Numbered from the stretch's first letter, positions 20,532-30,523 are shown. The stretch is DNA of 32,618 nt from Savitreella phatthalungensis (GCA_051599415.1 AP039692.1:682001-714618); one strand, 5' to 3'. Notes: a model not told the origin generated them from the letters alone. Translations and numbers: made by a program.

Positions 20532-21095
20532 GTGGACTAGCACAGGTTGCATCGCCGAGCGATGTGCGTCCAGCCAGGCGAAATAGAAGAAATTGCTATT
20601 TCTTGGCGGACTCCCGTATCTCTGGGAGAGTCTCATTCGAGTGGCCCGCGGCAGCGTCGCGACCACTTCCGGCCATGCTCGTCTGAAAGTCTGCCAGGCA
20701 AGACACCACTCCCCCAAGGACGCCGTCCTGGGTTTCCATGACGTATGCCAGGTCCAGTCAATAAGACACATTGGCAATGGCTGTAGACGGACTGGTCTAC
20801 TTAAAGTGTCGTCATACCACAAAACATCTCGAAGGCTTGTGCAATGAATCCTTTGCATGCGTCCGATGGCCCGCTCGAGCAGTGTGCTGGGTGTCTCTGA
20901 CAATTGATCGTACCAGTGACGATCGAGCCACGCATCGTCGTCAATGGAGGCATTGTCCCGCAAGGCTAAGTGCTGTAGAAGTCGGGAGATATCGTTATCT
21001 CGATTGCGCGTTTTATGGCTTGGATCATCTGTCGACAGGTCCTGAAGGTCAGCGCAGACTTCCTCGTAGTCAGTGACGAACGTTCTTTTTCCCAT
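20526..21095 (-). CDS. Hypothetical Trp-rich protein (189 aa)
   Basis: ATG-initiated ORF that exactly fills the gap between TRM11 and PLP1; no recognisable motif. Confidence 0.55.
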   Translation of the reverse strand: MGKRTFVTDYEEVCADLQDLSTDDPSHKTRNRDNDISRLLQHLALRDNASIDDDAWLDRHWYDQLSETPSTLLERAIGRMQRIHCTSLRDVLWYDDTLSRPVRLQPLPMCLIDWTWHTSWKPRTASLGEWCLAWQTFRRAWPEVVATLPRATRMRLSQRYGSPPRNSNFFYFAWLDAHRSAMQPVLVHS

Positions 21096-21131
21096 GTCGT
21101 AGCGGGTGTCAATTTGGTCCTCTTCTCATGT

Positions 21132-22502
21132 TCATTTCCCGCGTAGGTCGCGCTCCGAGGCCCGTGCGAATCCTTTGAAGAACTTATCTCGAAAGTCGCG
21201 ATGTGCTGGCGTGTGATCAGAATCGGACACGACGGTCTGTGCGACGTCTAATGCATACTCCCTGCGGTACGTCAGAAGGCGCCGGCCCCAAGAGCCAAAG
21301 TGCTGCACGGAGTTGTACAGATTTCGCATGCCTGCAATCTGCGGGATGTCCACATCCTTGTACTCGTCCGTGACTGTGGGTAACCAGAAGGTCAGGCGGC
21401 CGCCATCGACCAGCATAGCTCGACTATCACGTAGTAAGTCCTCTACGAGCTCAGACAGCTCATAACCTTTCCGCGGAGGTACGTAGTCCGGCTGATCATG
21501 TACAAATCGACCATCTTTGAGCTGACCTGGTTTGTCGCGACCGAACAGAGGATCTGTCGTCTCCCTACCGAGCGTTCTTGCGCCAGCTCGGACACCGTAC
21601 GGCGGATCACTCACCACGCTGTCGACCTTGAAGCTGGGACGCAACGGAGAGTGTTTTACATCGAACACGATGCAATCCATAAGTAGCTGGAGCATATTAT
21701 ACTGTCGGAAACTGCCAGGCAAGTCCGGCAGGCTGCCCTCTTTATGCAGCGCTTTCTTGCGCGACGAGTAAGCAGTCCGGCCATTTGGAGAAGGCGTGCC
21801 ACGAATCATACGGCCATCAATATCGCTTCCTAGCGTGGTAGCCCCAAAAGCACTGCACGTCAATAGGAATGACCCTGTGCCGCAGAAAGGGTCGTAGCAG
21901 AGGGCTCCGGGACGAGCCAACGCCATATTGGCCGTCAACAAGGACACTCGCGACTCCATCGATGTGTTCCCAAGGTATTCGCGCTTCTTCAAAGAGAATC
22001 GATCGACCAGATGTCTGGCACTGTGCCCAACAAGTCTAGTGAACAAGATAGATGCGTTTTCCGAACGGCGATCGATCAAGGTCCAAGTCGTTTGTGGACA
22101 TTTGAGATCGACTGAGCCCTTGAAGTCCAGGTGTTGAAGATCTTCAATCACCTGGCGGACCTCGTCCCGGTCGCTGTGCTTGCCGACGCCTGTAGTTTCC
22201 ACTTGGAACTTGTAAGAGTCATGCGCGAACTCGGTGAAGGGATATTCGGGGCATTGCTTTACCTCAGCATCCAGCGCCTCCCAATCTCTGCCCTGCGCGT
22301 ATACTCGGAACACACCTTTGCAGATGATGCTACGCGACACCACCTGTCGTGCCTGATTGTCATCCTGGACTTGAAACAGTACTAGCTCGTCTTCTTCGGC
22401 AACGAAGCGAATCTCGCACGACGCAAGCTCCGCAAGGGATGAGAGCTCAGGTATGCGGAAGGATTGGAAAGAACGAGGATACCATGCAGCGTAGTCAAGC
22501 AT
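21132..22502 (-). CDS. TRM11: tRNA (guanine-10-N2) methyltransferase Trm11
   Basis: SFRIPEL, LKKREYLGNTSM, YDPFCGTGS, GSDIDGR, DPPYGVRAG. Confidence 0.95.
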   Translation of the reverse strand: MLDYAAWYPRSFQSFRIPELSSLAELASCEIRFVAEEDELVLFQVQDDNQARQVVSRSIICKGVFRVYAQGRDWEALDAEVKQCPEYPFTEFAHDSYKFQVETTGVGKHSDRDEVRQVIEDLQHLDFKGSVDLKCPQTTWTLIDRRSENASILFTRLVGHSARHLVDRFSLKKREYLGNTSMESRVSLLTANMALARPGALCYDPFCGTGSFLLTCSAFGATTLGSDIDGRMIRGTPSPNGRTAYSSRKKALHKEGSLPDLPGSFRQYNMLQLLMDCIVFDVKHSPLRPSFKVDSVVSDPPYGVRAGARTLGRETTDPLFGRDKPGQLKDGRFVHDQPDYVPPRKGYELSELVEDLLRDSRAMLVDGGRLTFWLPTVTDEYKDVDIPQIAGMRNLYNSVQHFGSWGRRLLTYRREYALDVAQTVVSDSDHTPAHRDFRDKFFKGFARASERDLRGK

Positions 22503-22537
22503 GACTGCACACCAATTTCAGAATGACCTATTTTTAG

Positions 22538-24358
22538 CTACTGAGTTTCCATTATCTTTCGTCGTTCGCCTTGAAGTGTGCGTTGGGTTTCGAGGAATTT
22601 ACCCAGAGGCGTATCTTCTCGAGCGAGCTCAAGCTGTCGCTGCTTCGGCCAGTCTATTTGCTTGCGCCGATGCTCTACGAGCTGCGCATTCGCCTGCAAG
22701 CGATCGAGCAGCGCAGAGATCCGCCGAGCTAGCTTCGCATCAGAGCACCTTCGTACATATCGCTTGAGTTGAATACTTACCGGAACGCAGAGTTCTGGAA
22801 AAGCAATCGAAGAGGCGTGAATAGCAAAGAACTCCGTCAGCAGATCACAAGTTGTCTCGCCAAGCTGTTCGTGATACGTCGAAGTGCGAAGAAGTTCCTG
22901 CTTTGCTCGGACACTGGTTTCCATTGACATCGGCTTTATGGTCGAAGGTTTCGGCTTCCTCCGCATTTCTGCGGAATCTAGGACGTCCCAAAGCAATCCG
23001 GCGAGCGGTACGAAGACATCGCATGCCTCGGACAATCGCAGCAGCGATCTGACCAAGGCAAATCGCATGGGGAAGTTCTGTGGCGACGTGACCGTGCGTG
23101 CAGCTCCGAGAGCCACCTGCACAAGCGGGTATATAAGTGAGTCTAAGTTGGTCGCAGGATGACGAGCAAGCACAGTACACCAGAAGTCGATGCTCTGACA
23201 GAACTGCTGTGAAGAAATTGTCCTTCTCGCTTCTTCTGTCTTGTCGTTGACGGCTTTGCGGAGGACAATGGCTAGTTGTCTGATGAAGTTGAAAGCGAGC
23301 GCGTACGAATCCTGCACGTCCACGCCGTAAAGCTCCGCGGCACTGTTTTTCATCAAGGTGATATTGCCTATCGTCAGAGTGGAGACTGCACGAGCCTCTC
23401 GGACGAAAGTGGTATAGAGCTCGCGCAGCACAAGCTGACGAAGGGCTGAATCCGTCATGGCAAACTGGCGCGCGACGAGAATAGCGCTGACCCTAGTCGA
23501 GCCCTCTGGAGACGAGGACCAAATCCGTACGGTCGACCGCACGAGGTCACGACACAGCCGACGATTGCTGAGCGTGTACGGTACCAAGTCTGTCAAGCTG
23601 TCGAGCACTTGTCTCTGCATGGCTGAGTCGCTCAGATCATCGAGCAGATGCAACAGACTGCTCAAAAAGGTTTTGATTGTCGGGGTCAATTTGCTAAGAC
23701 GCTTTGACTCTTGTGGCGGCCTGACGCGTTCAGCTCCTTCTCTGGCCGGGACGACGCGGCGAAGAAACTTGGGAACTCCATTAACTGCCAGCGTCACAAT
23801 CTTCTGCAACACCTCCGGGCTCTCGTCAACCTCTGCATTCGTCACAGCATTCTTGAAAGCCGTGACGAGTCGCTGGAAGCCCTTTGTAGTATCATTGGCT
23901 AGCGACTCGGCCATCTGGTCCACCTGCGCCAGAGAGATAATCGTTGCAGGTGACTCGTCAGGAATGTCTTCGTCAGCTGCGATTTCATCCTCGTCATCGT
24001 CTCCGAAGTTGAGCAGCTCTGCATCGTTTTCCTCCAGATACTTATAGAATTCAGGATCCTTGGCCTTCAGGCCTGCGAGATCTGCAGCATGTTCTTCAAT
24101 GGCATCGCCATCTGATTCGGAAGCTTCGCTGTCTTCATCCTTGTCGCCCTGTGCCAGGGAGCCGCCAGCAAGGAAGTCATCCATGGTCATGTTCTCGATC
24201 ACGTCTTCATTGTCGGGCTTTGTAGAGGCCGTCCTCTCCCCAATCACCGACCTGTGCTTCTTGCCTCGCTGTTCAGCTCTGTGCACCTTACGTCGCTTGA
24301 TAACGCCATCCAGATGTTTCTTCTGGAACTTCTTCGTGGTCTTTGACGGCTTCGCCAT
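22538..24358 (-). CDS. NOC2: Nucleolar complex protein Noc2
   Basis: MAKPSKTTKKFQKKHL, LKAKDPEFYKYLEEND..LLNF, LMKNSAAEL, AFNFIRQLAI.LR, LIYPLVQV, IAFPEL. Confidence 0.94.
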   Translation of the reverse strand: MAKPSKTTKKFQKKHLDGVIKRRKVHRAEQRGKKHRSVIGERTASTKPDNEDVIENMTMDDFLAGGSLAQGDKDEDSEASESDGDAIEEHAADLAGLKAKDPEFYKYLEENDAELLNFGDDDEDEIAADEDIPDESPATIISLAQVDQMAESLANDTTKGFQRLVTAFKNAVTNAEVDESPEVLQKIVTLAVNGVPKFLRRVVPAREGAERVRPPQESKRLSKLTPTIKTFLSSLLHLLDDLSDSAMQRQVLDSLTDLVPYTLSNRRLCRDLVRSTVRIWSSSPEGSTRVSAILVARQFAMTDSALRQLVLRELYTTFVREARAVSTLTIGNITLMKNSAAELYGVDVQDSYALAFNFIRQLAIVLRKAVNDKTEEARRTISSQQFCQSIDFWCTVLARHPATNLDSLIYPLVQVALGAARTVTSPQNFPMRFALVRSLLRLSEACDVFVPLAGLLWDVLDSAEMRRKPKPSTIKPMSMETSVRAKQELLRTSTYHEQLGETTCDLLTEFFAIHASSIAFPELCVPVSIQLKRYVRRCSDAKLARRISALLDRLQANAQLVEHRRKQIDWPKQRQLELAREDTPLGKFLETQRTLQGERRKIMETQ

Positions 24359-24498
24359 CGTGACACCCCTCCCAGGATCAGGTACGCGGTGCATTGTATA
24401 TATTCATTTTGTTCTTCATGAGATTGATCGCCGAGCGCTGCGGTAAATATTGGCGCGACACAGAAGAGATTCGAGCTCACGGTAGCAACGCCGGAGGC

Positions 24499-24886
24499 AT
24501 GTCGCTTGGGATCCCGCTCAAATTGCTCCAGGAGAGCATTGGACATGTAGTCACTGTCGAGCTCGATAGCGGTAAGTATTGACAGCCTGCAACATGAATG
24601 AGACTGACGTGCAGGGGCAATGTATCGCGGCACACTTGACACGGCAGAGGATAACATGAACATACAGATGCGCGACATCACTGTCACGGCCCGCGAGGGT
24701 AGAGTCAGCCATGTTGACAAGATTTATGTGCGCGGCTCTCACATCCGCTTCTTCGTCGTTCCAGATATGCTAAAACATGCCCCGATGTTCAAGAACTTCG
24801 AGATCGGCCAGCAGCGCAAAAGCGCAGCATCCAAGCCAGCGCGTAATCTCGTGGAAAAGGGCCGAGGCACGGCCTTGCGTCACTAG
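24499..24886 (+). CDS. SMD3: Small nuclear ribonucleoprotein Sm D3; exons 24499-24571 and 24615-24886
   Basis: [25 protein letters not shown] joins [34 protein letters not shown] through a 43-nt intron, GTAAGT...ACTGAC..GCAG (24572-24614); 114 aa. Confidence 0.95.
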
Positions 24887-25229
24887 CTGAACGTAATTGT
24901 ACCTGATACACTTGACTTCGCGGCTTGACCGATCTGCACCCTGCCGCCATTTCAATGGTCGAGCTTGTGCTCTCGCCCGTGCACATCGACAATGGTAGAC
25001 CGGACGGATACATATTTTTGGCACCCACCTCTGCGCGTGCATGCATGATAATTATAATTTAATTGTTTGCGACCTCTGCATCCATAATTCCCATTACTTC
25101 CATGCTGTCACACTGTACTCAGTATTTTTCAGATCACATTTACCGTGGCTCGAATAGACACGGAGTGCTGCGTATAAGCGCTACAGGCACAGAAACGCAC
25201 CTCACGCTTCGACAAGAGTTGCTTTTACG

Positions 25230-26219
25230 ATGTCGACGTCTGCCGACTATTATTTTGACAGCTATGCACATTTTGGCATCCATGAAGAGATGTTGAAGGA
25301 CTCTGTCCGGACCAATAGTTACATGAATGCTATCAAGCAGAACAAGCATGTCTTCAAGGACAAGATTGTGCTCGACGTCGGATGCGGCACCGGGATTCTT
25401 AGCATGTTCTGCGCTCAGGCTGGAGCAAAGCACGTCTACGGTGTCGACATGAGTAATATAATCCTCAAGGCTCGCGAAATTGTCAAGATCAATCACCTGG
25501 ATGACAAGGTCACGCTGTTGCAAGGGAAAATGGAGGAAATCGAGCTGCCAGTAGAGAAGGTCGACATCATTGTCAGCGAGTGGATGGGCTATTTCCTGCT
25601 ATACGAATCAATGCTTGACACGGTCCTCTACGCGCGCGATCGGTATCTCGTCCCGGGTGGCAAGATTTTCCCTGATGTTGCCATTATGTATGTGGCCGGT
25701 ATCGAAGACGGTGATTATTACGACGAAAAGATAAACTACTGGGACAATGTTTACGGCTTCGATTATTCCCCTATCAAGGAGGTGGCCGTCAGAGAGCCTT
25801 TGGTGGACATGGTCGAATTCAAAGCCGTCATGACTGATCCTTGCGAACTCTTCCGGATCGATATCACCACGGTCACAAAGGAGCAGCTATCGTTTAGCGC
25901 AGACTTTGCTATTCGTGCTCGGCGGCAAGACTACTGCCATGCTCTCATTTCCTGGTTCGACATCGAATTCAATGCCTGCCACAAGCCAGTGAAGTTCTCC
26001 ACCGGCCCACAGGCTCAGTACACTCACTGGAAGCAGACCGTGTTTTACATTGGTCAGGCGCTGACAATGAATGCTGGCGAACTAGTGAAGGGCCATTTGC
26101 GATGTGCGCCCAACGACAAGAACCCGCGCGACCTCGATATTCATGTCGATTATGCGTTTGAACCCCAGCAGCAGAAGCACCGAACGGTCCGGGTATCCAA
26201 GGACTACCGCATGTGCTAG
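25230..26219 (+). CDS. HMT1: Type I protein arginine methyltransferase PRMT1
   Basis: DYYFDSYAHFGIHEEMLKD, VLDVGCGTGIL, SEWMGYFLLYESM, THWKQ. Confidence 0.96.
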   Translation: MSTSADYYFDSYAHFGIHEEMLKDSVRTNSYMNAIKQNKHVFKDKIVLDVGCGTGILSMFCAQAGAKHVYGVDMSNIILKAREIVKINHLDDKVTLLQGKMEEIELPVEKVDIIVSEWMGYFLLYESMLDTVLYARDRYLVPGGKIFPDVAIMYVAGIEDGDYYDEKINYWDNVYGFDYSPIKEVAVREPLVDMVEFKAVMTDPCELFRIDITTVTKEQLSFSADFAIRARRQDYCHALISWFDIEFNACHKPVKFSTGPQAQYTHWKQTVFYIGQALTMNAGELVKGHLRCAPNDKNPRDLDIHVDYAFEPQQQKHRTVRVSKDYRMC

Positions 26220-26402
26220 TCGCAGCATTACTCGCCCAAGGGCGTGATATCAATTGTAGTCAATTGTACATTAAATTTTCATGTGGGGCCGCGATAAGGA
26301 TCTTCCCGTGCCAGGCTTTTAGGCTGCTTCCCTTCACGGCGTTCGGGCTTAGCGTGGCTTGTCCGCGCAGCATTTCGATACCGTCCAATCTGCCTGATAG
26401 CC

Positions 26403-26672
26403 ATGTCACTTAACGTCGTCCTTGCGCAGCAGGTTGGCCCGGAGATCGCCTCGCTCGACAGGCTCTACGATTCTCAGAGCGCATTGCGAGCCGAGATCGC
26501 TAGATTCCGAGAAACGCTCGAGAGGTACGCGACAGACAGTGAGCCGGCAGCCTTGTCGGCCACGGCGCAAAGGCTCAAGCAGACCTCAAGGGCGCTCCTC
26601 AAGATACGCGGTCAGCTCAAAGCTATTGAGGCTAGACTAGTGGTACTCTTACGCGATGAAGATCGATCGTGA
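26403..26672 (+). CDS. 89-aa coiled-coil protein, Snapin/Snn1 (BLOC-1 subunit)-like
   Basis: [24 protein letters not shown] and [23 protein letters not shown] fit the Snapin/Pallidin two-helix pattern; overlaps the urease ATG by 17 nt. Family call is tentative. Confidence 0.6.
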   Translation: MSLNVVLAQQVGPEIASLDRLYDSQSALRAEIARFRETLERYATDSEPAALSATAQRLKQTSRALLKIRGQLKAIEARLVVLLRDEDRS

Positions 26673-28386
26673 GGAGTATGCGGCGCTCTATGGGCCTACC
26701 GCGGGCGACCGCGTCAGGCTAGCCGACACGAATCTCATCATTGAAGTCGAGCACGACATGACGACCTATGGTGACGAGCTCTCCTTCGGCGGCGGTAAAG
26801 TGCTGCGAGATGGCATGGGCCAGGCCAGCTCGCGGCTTGACGGGGAGACGCTTGACCTCGTTCTGACAAACTGCCTCATCGTTGACTATACGGGAATTTA
26901 CAAGGCCGACATTGGTGTCAAAGAGGGCATTATCGTTGGCATCGGCAAGGCAGGAAATCCGGATATCATGGATAACATCACTCACGGTATGGTCGTCGGA
27001 AGTCAGACCGAGGTCATCGCCGGGGAGCACAGGATTGTGACGACCGGCGGACTCGACACTCACATCCACTTCATCTGCCCACAGCAAGCTCAGGAGGCAC
27101 TTGCATCGGGAATCACTACTCATCTAGGGGGTGGGACTGGGCCAGCTCAGGGTACAAACGCGACGACGTGCACGCCTGGCGAATTTTATATTCATCGAAT
27201 GCTGCAAGCGATCGACACTGTTCCCCTCAATTATGGCGTCACCGGTAAGGGAAATGACGCCGGACAGGAAGGCCTCCGAGAGCAGATCCGCGCGGGTGCG
27301 GTTGGTCTTAAGCTCCACGAAGACTGGGGATGCACGCCTGCGGCCATCGACAGCTGTTTGAAAGTATGCGACGAAATGGACGTTCAATGCCTGATCCATA
27401 CAGACACGCTGAACGAGAGCGGCTTCGTTCAGCAAACGGTCGGTGCCTTCAAGAATCGCACGATTCACGCATATCATTCCGAGGGAGCTGGCGGTGGTCA
27501 TGCACCGGACATCATGTGCATCTGCGGACAGCTTGCGGACAACAGTCTCAGGACGGAGAACGTGCTGCCGTCTTCGACAAATCCGACCCGCCCATACACA
27601 TCCAACACCCTCGACGAGCATCTTGACATGCTCATGGTGTGCCACCATTTGAACAAGAACATCCCAGAAGATGTGGCATTCGCAGAGTCACGCATCCGTG
27701 CGGAGACCATCGCAGCGGAGGACATTCTTCACGATACGGGCGCGATTTCGATGATGTCAAGCGATTCTCAGGCGATGGGTCGATGCGGCGAGGTCATTCT
27801 GCGAACGTGGAAGACGGCTCACAAGAACAAGCATCAGCGCGGCCCACTGCCAGAAGACGCAAATACTGGCAACGACAATTTCAGGGTCAAGCGATATATC
27901 TCGAAATATACAATCAATCCGGCGATCGCTCAGGGCATGTCACATCTTCTCGGTAGTCTCGAGGTCGGCAAGCTCGCTGACATCTGCCTCTGGCGTCCGG
28001 ACAGATTCGGAAGTAAGCCAAGCATTGTTGTTAAAGGCGGTCACATCGCCTTTGCTGAGATGGGCGACGCAAACGCTAGCATTCCGACAGTTGAGCCCGT
28101 CATTGGCCGGGCAATGTGGCAGCCTCTGAGACCAGGCCACAGCTCCATCACCTTCCTCTCGCAAGCAGCGATCGATGCGGGCGTACACAAGCAATTGGGC
28201 CTTCAGAAGCGCGTGTCGCCTGTGAAAAACTGTCGCAACATCGGTAAGAAGGATATGATCTTCAATGACGCACGTCCTGTGATTGAGATCGACCCGGAAT
28301 CTTACCGCGTCGAAGCTGACGGCGTGCATTTGACTTGCGAGCCAATGTCAAGTCTGCCGCTGACAGCTGGCCATTACATTTTCTAG
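26656..28386 (+). CDS. Urease, catalytic alpha (UreC-equivalent) chain only
   Basis: 576 aa starting [22 protein letters not shown]. All Ni-site motifs present: [31 protein letters not shown], flap [13 protein letters not shown]. Confidence 0.96.
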   Translation: MKIDREEYAALYGPTAGDRVRLADTNLIIEVEHDMTTYGDELSFGGGKVLRDGMGQASSRLDGETLDLVLTNCLIVDYTGIYKADIGVKEGIIVGIGKAGNPDIMDNITHGMVVGSQTEVIAGEHRIVTTGGLDTHIHFICPQQAQEALASGITTHLGGGTGPAQGTNATTCTPGEFYIHRMLQAIDTVPLNYGVTGKGNDAGQEGLREQIRAGAVGLKLHEDWGCTPAAIDSCLKVCDEMDVQCLIHTDTLNESGFVQQTVGAFKNRTIHAYHSEGAGGGHAPDIMCICGQLADNSLRTENVLPSSTNPTRPYTSNTLDEHLDMLMVCHHLNKNIPEDVAFAESRIRAETIAAEDILHDTGAISMMSSDSQAMGRCGEVILRTWKTAHKNKHQRGPLPEDANTGNDNFRVKRYISKYTINPAIAQGMSHLLGSLEVGKLADICLWRPDRFGSKPSIVVKGGHIAFAEMGDANASIPTVEPVIGRAMWQPLRPGHSSITFLSQAAIDAGVHKQLGLQKRVSPVKNCRNIGKKDMIFNDARPVIEIDPESYRVEADGVHLTCEPMSSLPLTAGHYIF

Positions 28387-28617
28387 ATTTAGCCCACCCG
28401 CCGCTTCCGCAGAGACGGCTCCGTAGGTCGTTCCAGATTTGACGTAAAATCGTGGATGGAATTTGAGTTTTTGATCTACCGACAGGAAGTCGTCATCTAT
28501 AAGATGGCGTCCAATCAGCTTGCTTGTCTAAAATGTAAAACCGACCGGTACGCAAACCGATATAAGGCTAATGAAGTCGGTCGTGTGCAGAACTTTGTGC
28601 CGTACTTTCGCGACACC

Positions 28618-29949
28618 ATGGCCATGAACGACCCGCAGACATGGTCATTTCGGAAGAAATGGGGTCAGACGTTGTTGCTGACTCTCATGACTCTCAATGT
28701 CCAGATTGCCGGATCGATCTTCGCGCCTGCTATGCGGCCTATAGAAGCGGAATTTGGTGTTGCGCAGGAGGTTGTCGTGCTCGGCATCACGCTGACGTTA
28801 CTTGGCTTTGCGTTCGCACCCATGGTGCTCGCACCCCTGGCAGAGTCCGTCGGCAGACTCCCGATTTACTGGGGAGGTTATCTGCTGTTTCTCCTGTTCT
28901 CCATCGCAGTCGCAGATGCCCCCAATGTCGTCGTTCTTCTCGTTTTTCGCTTTCTTATTGGAGTCGCCGGAGCTCCATGTAACACCATGATCGCTGGCAG
29001 CATAACTGACATGTTCCCGACTGACAGCCTTGGCCCACCGATGTCGGTCTTCATCTTGGTCGGTCTACTCCTTCCTGTTCCTCTTGGTCCTCTCATCGGC
29101 GGTTTCATTCTTCAGCGCTTCAGCTGGCGTTACGTCTTCTGGTGGCCGCTCGTCCCGGCGGCAGCAATGTTCATCCTGCTGTTTTTGCCATTCATGTGCG
29201 AGACTCGCATGCATAAGCACTCCCCGAAACTCACGACTGTAACGCTGCCGTGGAAGATGCTCGCTGGAGACATCGTGGTCGCATCTTTCTCTTTGTGGCT
29301 CGCATTCAGTTGGGGTGTTACTTATGGGCTGCTCGAGTCCGTGGATGAGGTCTTCAGAACGCTGTATGGCTTCGATGTCGACGGCGTCGGTTGCGTCTAC
29401 ATTGGTCTCATCATTGCGGTATTCGTCGGTTGGCCGGCTGCCGTTTTCGGCGAGGCAATATGGCGTCGACCGCGCCCGCAACCATGTAAGGATGATCGGG
29501 CTGAATCTCCGTCGCGTAGCAGCTGCAGTCAATCGGACTGCCCGCCGCCCGAAAGACGCTTGATTCTCGCTTGCATTGGAGCGCCGATGGTACCAGCGGG
29601 CCTCTTCACTTATGGCTGGACGTCCTATAGATCAGTCAGCTTCTATGCACCAATCTTTGGTGTCGGCCTTACCTTCTTTGGCATCTTCACAATATACTAC
29701 AGCGTCTTCCTCTATCTCTCTACGGGATATTCTTCGAACGCGGCATCAGCGCTCTCAGCCGCAGGCTTTTGGCGAAATATTTTCGCAGCTGCGTTCCCAC
29801 TCTTCACTAGACAGATGTACCAGAGGTTGACTTACCACTGGGCATCGTCTCTGCTTGGCTTTGTGGCCCTCGCGCTTGGCATCATTCCAGTCGCCCTTCT
29901 TTCTTGGGGTCATTATTTACGAGCACGCAGCAAGTTCATCGAGGCATGA
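28618..29949 (+). CDS. MFS drug:H+ antiporter (DHA1 family)
   Basis: DPQTWSFRKKW, APLAESVGRLPIY, GPLIGGFI, WRYVFW, PPERRL, AASALSA, ~12 TMs. Likely start at 28618 (ACCATGG); ORF is open from 28456. Confidence 0.92.
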   Translation: MAMNDPQTWSFRKKWGQTLLLTLMTLNVQIAGSIFAPAMRPIEAEFGVAQEVVVLGITLTLLGFAFAPMVLAPLAESVGRLPIYWGGYLLFLLFSIAVADAPNVVVLLVFRFLIGVAGAPCNTMIAGSITDMFPTDSLGPPMSVFILVGLLLPVPLGPLIGGFILQRFSWRYVFWWPLVPAAAMFILLFLPFMCETRMHKHSPKLTTVTLPWKMLAGDIVVASFSLWLAFSWGVTYGLLESVDEVFRTLYGFDVDGVGCVYIGLIIAVFVGWPAAVFGEAIWRRPRPQPCKDDRAESPSRSSCSQSDCPPPERRLILACIGAPMVPAGLFTYGWTSYRSVSFYAPIFGVGLTFFGIFTIYYSVFLYLSTGYSSNAASALSAAGFWRNIFAAAFPLFTRQMYQRLTYHWASSLLGFVALALGIIPVALLSWGHYLRARSKFIEA

Positions 29950-30091
29950 TATTGATGAAGGAGGTTATTAGCATTCATGTCATTCAGACATCTGTAAATT
30001 TATGTCTGCCGGTTTTGCCGAGCGTCGCAAGTGGTGTAATTGTATTCCGTTCAACACTGCATGGCATCACTGTAAGTCAACAGTTAGGGAC

Positions 30092-30264
30092 AAACCAAAC
30101 TGTAAAACCAAATTGTGAGACCAAACTGTAAAACCAAACGGTGAAACTATATTGCGAGAACCAAACTGCAAAACCAGACTGCAAGAACCAAACTGCAAAA
30201 CCAAACTGCAAGACCAGACTGTGAAAACCAAACAGCAAAAACCAAACTGCAAAAACCAGACTGC
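30092..30264. repeat. Degenerate 11-13 nt tandem repeat (AAAACCAAACTG-like)
   Basis: Repeated aaaccaaactgt / aaccaaactgc / accagactg units. Confidence 0.85.
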
Positions 30265-30312
30265 ATCCAGAAATGCAGCGCTCCACAAATTTGAACCTAA
30301 CTGCATCATGAA

Positions 30313-30391
30313 CTCTGCATTCCCTGCATTCCCTGCATTCCCTGCATTCCCTGCATTCCCTGCATTCTCTGCATTCCCTGCATTCTCTGCA
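30313..30391. repeat. 9-mer minisatellite (CCCTGCATT)n, about 9 copies
   Basis: Directly visible ccctgcatt/ctctgcatt units. Confidence 0.92.
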
Positions 30392-30523
30392 AGGTATCTG
30401 AATGAGAAAGAATTTGGCAAAACCCCCTGTATCAGAGCCATATTCTGACTTTGTGTATGGAGGGAAAGCCCCTGAGAATGGTCTTGCTCCCTGATTGCCC
30501 AGAGCTTATTGGCAGTTAATTGT

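Noticed and set aside
26403..28386. Small ORF as a diverged urease gamma/beta subunit, or a frameshift fusion with urease
   Set aside because: It is a pure coiled-coil pattern with no UreA/UreB motifs, urease has its own canonical start, and no slippery site is evident.
30092..30391. Repeat arrays as a CRISPR-like locus
   Set aside because: Units are directly tandem with no unique spacers, the context is eukaryotic, and there are no cas genes.
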